In this document: piece after piece, positions 9,690 through 19,296 of the stretch
How positions within the stretch are numbered: the first letter of the stretch is position 1
Layout: every line of letters begins with the position of its first letter
DNA from: Mantamonas sphyraenae STR306
Taxonomy: Eukaryota; Protista; CRuMs
Assembly (NCBI GenBank): GCA_026936335.1
Contig: JAPMXV010000058.1
Span: 186,001-250,000, forward strand
Length of the DNA stretch: 64,000 nt
Direction of reading: 5' to 3'
Program-made: the position numbers and the translations under genes
Notes under the pieces: model-generated
Told to the model about the DNA's origin: nothing
The model's database searches: none
Seen by the model: only the letters and a program-made list of their open reading frames with translations

Positions 9690-11634
9690 TCAATAGAAAT
9701 CAGTTCGACGCCTGCCCACACGACTGCTGCTGCTGCTGCTGTTGCTGTTGCTGCTGGATGATGATGACGATGAGGATGTCGAGGAGCTTGTGCGTGAATA
9801 GGCGTAGCTGGGCCCCGGATCTTCCTTGGGCGCCTCTGCATGCCCACTCTCCACTGCTTGCCGGTTGCCCTCATCATACTCCTCCCGTGTGCGTTTGTAT
9901 CCACCATACTCCGGTGCCTGTGCCTCCCTCTGCTCCCTCATGGGCGGTGGTCCCCCTGGCGATCGTGGTCGCATCGGAGGAGGGGGCGATGATCGTTCCC
10001 GTCGTGGCGGCGGTGGCGGCGCTCCTCGTTCCCTCTCTCGTTCGCCCCAATCCCGTTCCCGTTCCCGTTCCCGTTCCCGTTCCCGTTCCCAATCCCGATC
10101 CCGTTCTCGCGAGCGCGAGCGTTCATATTCCCGGGGCGGCGGTGGTCCACGTCCTCCTCGCCCACCATACTCACGGTGGTCGTACCCACCTCCACCTCGT
10201 CCATAGTCCCGATCCCGGTGGTCGTAGTCTCGTCGACCGCCCCCGTAGTCCCGTCGACCTCCGCCCCCGCCATAGTCGCGCGGCGGCGGCGAATCCCGAT
10301 ACCCTCCTCCACGGCCCCCACGGTAGTCATCCCTCCTGCCACGGTACCCACCTCCACCACCACCTCCACCTCCGTATCCTCCACCACCTCCTCCGTATCG
10401 TCCTCCTCCTCCTCCTCCTCCTCCTCGCGGTCCTCGGCCCCCTCCGCCTCCTCCTCCTCCGCCGTATCCTCCGTATCCGCCCCTGTAGTCGCCTCCACGA
10501 CGTCCCTCGGGTCGCACCACACGCCGTTGCTCTGCACGTCGTCCTGTGTACACCACATTCTTCTTGTCTGCTGTGCGTGTTCCTCCAAGGCCTCCTCCCA
10601 GTCGCCGCGGCTTCCACTCGGGCACTGTTCGGCCCCGCTCCACGTCCACCACCACGCGTCGTCCGTCGATTTTCCGTCCATCCGCACGGTTGAACGCCTC
10701 TGTGTGCCCGTGTGCCCATTCTTTCCTGTGTCAGTGTCTCTTCCCGTCTGCCCCACGCCCCGCGCACATGCGTCGCCTCACCTTTCATCGCCTCCTCCTC
10801 CTCAAACTCCACAAATGCGTATCCCCGCGGCTTGTCGCTCTCCTTATCATACACCACCGTCACCTGAGTGGTCCATAGTGTGTGTATGAGTGCGTCCACA
10901 TGCCGTGTAACATCCGCATCATCAGTCATACGTGTCAGTGAGCTGCCCCCCCATGCTGCCCTCCCACACACACCTCCCCAGTGTGTCCACACCCTCACTT
11001 GCGCACCTTTGAAATCTCTCCAAACTCGCCAAACTCCCGTCGCAGTGTCCGTTCGTCTGTGTCGTAGCTCTGTGTACGTGTGTGCATACGTGTGTGCCCC
11101 GCAACCGTGTGTCAGTCGCAATCTCCCGCGCGGAACCTGAGCATCGCCCCTCCCTCACCCCCTCTAACCTCCCCTCCGTCACCAAAAACCTACCAGTCGT
11201 CCCACAAACAGGGTTCGATACGCTGTCTCTGGGTCGCTCCCATCGTACGGTTTGTCTGTGGTGATGAATGCCCACCGTGTGTGTGTGTCAGTGGTGGAAC
11301 CGGGAACTCAAGCCACCACACCTTCCCAATTCCCCTTCCCCCCTGTCATCCACATACACTCTTTCATGGCCTCTTCCAGCTTCTCCTGGTTGGCTTCGTA
11401 TTTCTCCTTGGCAATCCGTGCCTTGCGTTGCTTCTCCGTCTCCACACCCTCGGCAGGCTTGTCCAACGCCTCCTTGAGCTCGTCATCCTCCCGCAACAGC
11501 GCCAGCGTCTCTGCCAGACCCGTCAGCGGCTCCTTCCGCGTTTCGTACGTTTTGTACGTAAACACAGGCGCATACTCCAGCTCCTCCGGCGGCTCAAACA
11601 TCGCCTTGAGGTGCGGCGGCAGGAACTTGGTCAT
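9690..11634 (-). CDS. SNRNP70: U1 snRNP 70 kDa protein (multi-exon)
   Basis: N-terminus [13 protein letters not shown] (cf. MTQFLPPNLLALF), RRM RNP1 [35 protein letters not shown] signature, RGG/RE/RS tail. Confidence 0.95.
10052..10090 (+). repeat. (CCCGTT)n hexamer repeat encoding the (ER)n tract of U1-70K
   Basis: Direct tandem hexamers visible in the sequence. Confidence 0.8.
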
Positions 11635-11669
11635 TGCTGGCGGACAGGAGGACGGTTGGCTCCTTCAGC

Positions 11670-11763
11670 GCAGGCCTTTGCGACCGACCGTGAACACTGC
11701 TGTGCTTTGTTGAAAAACAATAAAAATCCATCCTTTCGATGGTAGTCGGTCGCAAATCCCTGC
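11670..11763 (-). ncRNA. Candidate Fanzor omega-RNA scaffold (multi-stem four-way junction); putative guide would continue to about 11650
   Basis: Perfect 12-bp stem (11677-11688/11745-11756) extended by a 5-bp stem (11670-11674/11759-11763), enclosing three hairpins (11728-11742, 11707-11720, 11693-11706). Starts 67 nt downstream of the Fanzor-like stop codon. A G-U pair favours the minus strand. Confidence 0.55.
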
Positions 11764-11790
11764 CGTCAGCCGCCCGTCGCCCCGCCCACC

Positions 11791-11796
11791 TTTATT
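11791..11796 (-). promoter_or_regulatory. Putative polyadenylation signal AATAAA of the Fanzor-like gene
   Basis: TTTATT on the + strand, 34 nt after the stop codon. Confidence 0.4.
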
Positions 11797-11829
11797 CCGT
11801 GTTGTTTTGTGCGATTGTGCGATTCACTC

Positions 11830-14800
11830 TTACTCCTTGCGCAGTTGCGCCCGTTGCTTGCGCCACCTCCTCGATGACAGCTTTGTGTGAGTCTTCCTGT
11901 CCACGCCCGAGATGGCCAGCACCAACAGGGTGGCGATGGTCACCGCAGCGTCCGTATCCTTGTGCTGCGCCCATCGTTCGCAGCGTGCGCAGTCCCACCA
12001 TCTTCGGCTACAGCCCCGCCTCGTGTACGATTTCGGGCTCAGGGTCACCTGGTGTCCACACTCGCGGCACAGAGCAGAGGTGTACGCCTCGCGTGTGACC
12101 ACGAGCGTATGTGTACGACTCAGGTGTCTCTTGACGTCCGCCAGAGGGACCCGCGCACTGAAGCCGCCGTTCCCAAAAGCAAGCAGGGAGCGCTGCTGGA
12201 CCAGCCTGTCAATGTCCGAGATGGAGGCCGAGATGCCAGCAAGGTACCTGTTGCGGAGCTTGCGGTGTTCGTGATGATGCGCATCCACGAGGTTCCGGTG
12301 CGGCTCTCGCTGTGCAAACTCTTCCCGCTTTGCTTGGTTCAGTTCTTGCCATGTCGGGGTAGAAGAAGCAGATGATGATGGTGATGAGGAGGAGGAGGAG
12401 GAGGATGATCGTGCGTTGGATCGTAGCGTACGTCGGGAGGACGCCGCTGCTGCTGCTGCTCCTTTGCATCTTCTGACTGCTTCCGTGGCAGCCTGGGTCA
12501 GGACGTTCTGCTTCTTCCTGAGCTGACTGGTCCGCAGCATATGTCTGTAAGATGGTGTTGGCAATGGAAAGTAGATACCTGCGTCCACGTGCAGAACATT
12601 GTCGCGATCGAGTGTCGCTGACATCTTGTTGTGGTGAAAGACAGCGACGCAGCTGGTGCAGTCAACGTTGGGGTCCATCCCGATTACAGGTATACCAGCA
12701 GGCGTCCACAAATCGTTCTGCCCTAGTGTACGGGCCACTTGTTTGTCGGACTCGAGCAAGATTCCAGTGCGCTTGCCAGCAGAAGTTTGCGATGGCTTGC
12801 ACTCCGCATCCAGGTGCTGCATGGCGGCTGTAAGGCTGCTCTCGTCGACACCAGACTCTTCAAACCACTGCTCCAGCTTGGGCATGGCCGCTCTGCCGTA
12901 CGCTTGATAAAAGAGGCTCGCCATATGCATGACGTGGAACCACGATAGATCCCGCACTTTACCCTTCGCGTCGAACCCAACACGGACACATGCGACACGC
13001 AGTGCCTCGTCGACGTCTGATGCTGCCACGCAGCCCTGAGCCCCTTTCACCTTGCGACGGGCTCCAACCGCCAGGCTATGCGGGGCGTAGACAGTTTGAA
13101 AGATCGATCGACCGTCGTTGCCACCGAGGGTGATCCCCTGCCCTCGAGTCTCCTGCCCTGTGTCTGAGTTCCAGAGCCCCGGTAGAACGAGCATGGTGAC
13201 TGCGTTTACAAGGTCACCTCGGTGGGCTGCCCATCCAGCTTCCGTTCTCAACATGCCGACATGTGTTCGCCCTTTGATCCTCTCCAGTGCACGCTGTGAA
13301 CCTGGGCACAGAACAGCAGCGTGGTCCACAATAAGCTGGTTGAGCTGGCGAGCGAGCACGTTTGACTTTGCTCGCTCATCCCAGGGCAACGTCTCGATGA
13401 TCGCGGTGGCGGCTGCTGCTGCTGCTGCTGCTGCTTCGCCTCCCCTCGTACTCAGGTGCTTCAGAAAGTTGTATGCGACCCGAAACAGCTTAAACTTTAG
13501 ATCGGACCCCGATACCGAGACCGTGCAACGTGCAGTCGCGCGTGGGCGAGGTACAAGCTGGACAGCGTGGCCACATACCTCAGCCTCCAATTTGAGCAGA
13601 CAGATGTAGGACGCGACACGGGCCTGGTTCTTCTCGTCCTCCTTTGCCTTTGAGAGCAAAGGCGAGCCAGCCACGACCTTGCTCACCTTCACTTTCAGCG
13701 GCAGCAGCTGCGTCCTCCAGTCCATCTGCTGCTGCTGCGCAACCACATGCGCCTCTTCATCTTCATGGTCCTGGTCTTGGTCCTCATCTCGATCGTGCTC
13801 GTGATCTTGGTCTGCTTCGGGTTCTCCATCGTCGTCCACCTCCTCGACCTCCTCTGCTTTCACCCTCTTCTTCCATGATGCGAGTGACATCCCCGACACG
13901 TATGCGCATGCCACCTCCGTTAGCTTCCGCGGGAGCTCCGGCACAGCATCGCACACCATTCTCTTCACCGAGGACGTCCAGTGCCTGGTCGCAAGGTTCC
14001 ACATGGTCCTCATCTGACGTGCAGCTGACCCCTCAGCCAGCAGATTCTCGAGTTGCTCACGCTGCTCCTCAAGCTCCAGGCCGTCGTAGTATGGACTCGC
14101 AATATGGGCGCACAACACTGCGTACAAGAGCTCCCGTTCCTGCACGAAGCGACTGTGAGTGTCGACCAGGACTGCATCCAATTCCTGGCGTTGGCTCTCA
14201 GTCATCCTGCTGTCCGCTGCGTCCTGAATACTCCCACGTGCCACGGTCGTGGATTTTCCCGCCAGTCCCATCACTCGTTCCACGCCTCCGTGTCCACGGC
14301 CGTCATGCATCCCGTACACACCAGACAACGCCTGTTCCTCGGTCGGGCGGCGGTCGTTTAGCAGCGCTGCAACCTTCCGTCCAAGCTTGTAGAACGATTC
14401 ACGCTCTGCTGTGCGCGCCTCGTCAATCTCATCCTCATTGTCCTCTTTGCTTGACTCCTGTACGTAGCAAACATCCTTGCCACAGAGCAGTTTGGCCAAA
14501 CGGCCCTTCAAGTAGGTGCCCTTGGCCAACATCGAGTCACACAGTGTCTCCACCTCGTCGCTGTTGCTGCATGAATCAAGTCTTCCCGCCTCGACATCCG
14601 CGAGCAGCTCCTCTCGCTTCTGTTCCACTGCCTGCTCGAACTGCTGCATGTTGTCGTACCTTTTTGCCTTCTTCTTTGCCTTTTCAATCTCCTCCTGCAG
14701 CTCAGTCTGCCGTTCAATCGCGTTGTCGAGCGAGGCACGCTCCTGCGTCCCCAGCCGTATCCGTCCTTGAGCTGCAAACGCATCGACGACGTCGGACATC

Positions 14801-17766
14801 CTACCATCGTCGTGGTCGACACGAATGGTGTATGTCCTGGCGTTCACCACACCGTCACTGAGCACCATTGCCGGGCCCGGGGCAGCTGCAGGTTCCGTTT
14901 GGTTTGGTTTGTGCTCCGGCACCCGCGTGTTCCTCGCCAGCTCCATCAACTTGTCCACGGAAGACGCCAAAGAGTAATCCGCACACAGTTGGCGCATGAC
15001 ATACTTGAGCTGCATACTGGTCCTTGTTCGCATGGCCGGGCGAACGGATGCCAAAGCGAGACGCAGACACGAATCGTCGCTCATTGCCGGACGCAGCTCG
15101 CCGGCGCTGTCGGCGCTGTCGGCGCTGGATGTGGCATATGTGTCCTCACGTGCGCTGGGCATTGCATGTGCCTCTTGCATGTCCTCTGTCTGCATCTCAT
15201 CCGACTCCACTTCGTTTTCCAAGTCCTCTTCTTCCGCCCCGGCTCTTCCGCCGGCCTCCCAGGCCTTTACAAACGCCTCTTCATCCTGGACATCCTGGAC
15301 ACCATTCTCAAGGTCCTCTGTCTCCATACCCGACTCCACTGCGTCGTCAGCGACGTGGTCCACCTCCACGGTTTGCACATCTTCGACATCTGCGCTGGCC
15401 TCGGCCTTCCAGACCCTGTATGCCTTGGCGAACGCATCCTCGTCCATGGTGACGTCGTTTCCCCGTTCGTCATCGATTTGTACCCCCAGCGTCTCGGCCA
15501 GCAAGGTCACCTGTTCCACCATGCCGCTCCTGGCATCCTTGATTTCGACATCCGACGCGCGTCCACGAGCAGGTGCTGTCGGCTCAAGTGTGGACGCCTG
15601 CACGTTGGAATGAATGATTTGGTCCACAGCGTTCTGTACACACCACTTCTGTTGTTCTTCGGCAACGCGCTGTACACTGTCGCAGATGCGTTCGCGATGG
15701 AAGTGGAGAAGGCCAACGGGAGCACGCTGTACAATGGCGCCCGCACAGGTTCCACCCAAAAGCGCATACGTGAAGAAGCGTGCGTTTGTGCTGTCGTTGC
15801 CCACGTGCACAGCTCTCAGATCTGTGTTGCCAGCAAGGTACTCGTTCCAGTTGTCCTGCCGGCACCAGCCGCACCGGACGCCTCTCGCCATGAGTGCACA
15901 AGCGTCTGCACCCACCACGAGTGCATCTGCGGCGTGCTGAATGGCGCACAGGTTTGCATCGTCTGTTGCCCACACGCAGAGGCGCTGGTCCACCCAAACG
16001 TTCCCGTCGTCGCTGATTGAAACGCGGTCGTTGTCCGCACTCCTCAGGGTCTCGTACAGCCCACGCAGCCGGTGCTTTTTGGTGTACGTGTGTACGTGCG
16101 CGTCCAGCTCCTGCCGGAATGATGCAGGGATCGCATGGATGGCCGCCAGAACCAAATCCATTTCCACCTCCTCCTCGACGCTGCCTTCCTTGCTGCTGCC
16201 ACCCTCCACGCCGCCGAGTATGAAGTGGTCGAACCCAGCAACTTCAATGTCGTCGGCAAAGCGCTGGACAAGCGGACGCACGGACCGGACAAGTTTAGCC
16301 AACGTTGCCGTTTGTGCAAACGCGGCTGAGACAAAGCTCCACGTCCTCACCGGACGGCCCTCAGGCGGGTTGGTACACTCCAGTGGGACGTACGTGGTCA
16401 TACCCTCGGGTGACATGCGAGCGAGCGCCTCGACGATGTCATCGCCACTGGAGTTCACGTCCAGCTGCTGATCGAGAGCATCGCCGCCGTTGGTCAGCAC
16501 AACGGCGTTGTAGTCCCCCAATGTTGCTGGTTTCGGTGCAGGAAGAGGCACGCGAGCACCAGCTTGACCGTAAGGCTTGGCACGCTTCGCCGTTGAGGCT
16601 TCGGGGGCGACAGGGGCCGTGGCGTGTCCCGGCTTGATGTGAAACGAAGGACAGGAATCGCTTGTTCGGCCTATCATACGAGCGCTGTATGTTCGGCCAA
16701 AGTGCTTCCCCACGTACCTCGCCACCTCTTTGGCAGAGAGCCTCGCCGCAGCAAGTGTGCACTCACACGCGTCGCCCTTGCGGGCTACTTCGATGCACAG
16801 CGCATACTCAGACATTGCGTAGACGCGGCCATTGTGAATGAGAGATGCCTTCAGCAAGTGGCTGATGCTGAGCCAGCACAGGTCATCGTTTCGCAGCGAG
16901 CGTGAGCGGCGTGTTTGCTTGAGAAAAGGCCAGACCTGGGTCGTGAACCGCTTGCGTGCTTCCTTGGCGCGTCTCAGCAACGTGGGGCTGGCTTGGCATT
17001 TTGTGGTACTGATGTGATGCAGAAACTCCGTCTGCTCGGGGTACTGCACCCTCGCCTGCGCCCACCGATTGGGCTGCTTTTTCTGCGTGCTTTCGCCAGT
17101 TTTGAGCGCCGTGTACATCTGCCGTGCTTGATCTGTTCGAATGTCGTCGAGAAAGGTCGTGCGTACAAAGCGGTGTTTGCTCCGTTGCCTGGTGGGCCTT
17201 CTAGGTTTGACGGTGTGCCACGAGGAGGAAACCCATTCTGACTCAGGCTCGACCTCGATATCGGTATCCATGGGGTCTTTCGTGACCGTGTCTTTGCCTT
17301 TGCTGTCTGCCTCAGTTTGCTGACGAGTGTGTGTGTGTGTGTGTGTCGTGAGGGGTCCCACACGTGTGTGAGCCGCAGCAAACGGAATTGAGTGAGGCGG
17401 AATTCAACCTACTCGCCCATTGCCACTTCTGCTCGAGGAGGAGGAAGCTGAAGACGTTGAACGAGATGCACGGCCTCGACGGCCTCGGGATGCGCTGCGG
17501 GATGCACGGGATGCGCGACCTCCCCTGGAATGTGTCTCTTGGTTCTGTACACGTTGCCGTTTCTGCTGTCGCCACTCCAACGTTTGCCTGCTCCTTCGTT
17601 CACGTCTATTTTCCCGAGCCTCCACGCTACGCGGTGAATGAGATACCTCATCCCGTGTGTCTTCATCTTCTCGACCCCTCTTGCCGCCCTCATCACACAG
17701 CAGCAAGAGAACCAACATGAAGAAGAACCAACGGAAGCGCATGTTGTTTTGGCGACCACGGCGCAT
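11830..17766 (-). CDS. Giant Fanzor1/TnpB-like RuvC nuclease (main exon 11830-17319; probable upstream exon 17413-17766)
   Basis: RuvC-I VIGMDPN (D1563 in ORF-track numbering), LLAFGNGGF, rearranged RuvC-II VVTREAYTSALCREC (E1758), second CARC zinc pair, RuvC-III HKDTDAAVTI (D1802). A phase-0 GTAGGT...CAG intron at 17412-17320 joins the upstream ORF in frame. The start codon is uncertain. Confidence 0.85.
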
Positions 17767-18065
17767 AGTCGAGCAGTCACTCGTACATTCTCATTCCAAC
17801 GTGTAGGGTGGCGTTGACAACATTCATTTCAGTGTCCCAGGGTCCTCGCGGCTCTTGCGAGGAATCGTTCTGCAAACACAGCGAGCTTGTTCAACATGGT
17901 GCACTTACGCATGATCGAACCGTAAGAACCCGCAGAAGAGCGAAATCATGTCTTGGTGAACATTCTATGTGTTTCTGGGCGTTGTTCTCAAGGGTGGAGC
18001 CACGTTCACGCTCAATTGCAACCTTCAGCGCAAGGTGTTGGTGCATTGTTGTTCCATTTTGTCAA

Positions 18066-19151
18066 TCAATCACTGTCGCTGGCCCCTTCGCTGTCTTCCC
18101 CATCGTCCATCACACGTCCAAACACATCGTGGTCCTTGGGCATCACCTTCTTGCGCGTAAACTTGTTGCGTCCGCTGCGATCCACAGCACTCGCACTGCG
18201 GCCCAACTCGTCCGACTTGTCAAAGTCCTTCATCTTGGCACTGCCCGCCATAAAGTCGTCTGCCAGCACGTCCCATCGTGAGCCTTCGTTGTCCGCGTCA
18301 GCCTTGCCCATGGACGGCACCGCCTCGCCACGGCTATCGTTGTCGTTGTCGTTCGACGTCGTCGTCTTCTTCTTCTTCGTCTTCCCATCTCCTCCCACCA
18401 CTTCAGTGCCACCCTTGGTCAGCAGGTCCAGGAAGGAACTCTTGCTCATTTTGTCCACCTGAGCCTGCTTGTGCAGCGTCCGTACGCTGCTGCTCTTCTC
18501 CTTCAGCGTGCGCTGGTGTTTGTTCACCGCGTTAAATAACTGCACCACTCCCCGGTTGGCAATCCTCTTGAGCTGTTTCTCCATTCCGGCGTCCTTCCCA
18601 TACGTCGGCTTCACATGGCCCTTTGCCTTCTTCTTCCTCTCCCGTCGCGCCTCCCGTGCAATCTCCTCCTCCATCTTCTCCTGTGCCAGCTGCCGTTCCT
18701 TCTTCCTGTTCATCGACATGATCGGGTTGGCCTCCTGTGCGTGGCAGTGGTGTGTATGTGTGTGCACGTGTGCGTGTGTGTGTGGGTGGGTGCCCTCTTG
18801 GTGTCAGATTCTCCTACGCCGGACGGCCAATGCATGCCTTTCACCCCGCCGCCCACACAGCCTTACCTTGCCACCCTCCTCATCCTCGCTTCCGCTCGAC
18901 GCGCCCTCTCCTGTCTCGCCGGCTTTGGCCCCGTCTGTGCTCGTCCGCCTGCGCTTCTTCTTGGGCAAGGGCACCGTGAGCAGCCTGTTCATCGCTCGCT
19001 CGAATCCGCCACCTTCCTCTTCCGCCTCCTCCCCGCTCAGCTCTGCTTCCCCGTCACTCTCTGGCTGTCCTCCCCACACAGCCTCCACGTCCACATCCTC
19101 GTCAAACGATTCATACCCGTCCTCCTCGTCCTGCTTCCTCTTCCCAGGCAT
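18066..19151 (-). CDS. RRP15: Ribosome biogenesis protein RRP15 (intron about 18735-18866)
   Basis: EKQLKRIANRGVVQLFNAV, KSSFLDLL and WDVLADDFM are Rrp15p family motifs. Confidence 0.88.
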
Positions 19152-19296
19152 CTTTCTGCGTTGTCAGGATTTTCGCTGGCTCGGACATCGGAACTGCTCG
19201 CCTGTGTCGTCCCTGTGTCTGCTGGTTTTGCACACCCACTCCCAACCATCCACACACGCATACATACAGTCACAGTCACAGTCACGCACACGCACA

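Noticed and set aside
9690-10700. Dense short repeats as a CRISPR array or satellite
   Set aside because: Low-complexity RGG/RE/Ser coding repeats of U1-70K; no repeat-spacer periodicity.
11670-11763. Cloverleaf-like structure as a tRNA or a U1 snRNA copy/mimic next to U1-70K
   Set aside because: No T-psi-C or D-loop consensus and no 7-nt anticodon loop; lacks the U1 5' ACUUACC and the stem-loop I GAUCAC loop bound by U1-70K.
11640-18066. Terminal inverted repeats or a transposase for the Fanzor element
   Set aside because: No matching inverted ends or DDE/HUH/tyrosine or serine recombinase motifs were recognised by eye.
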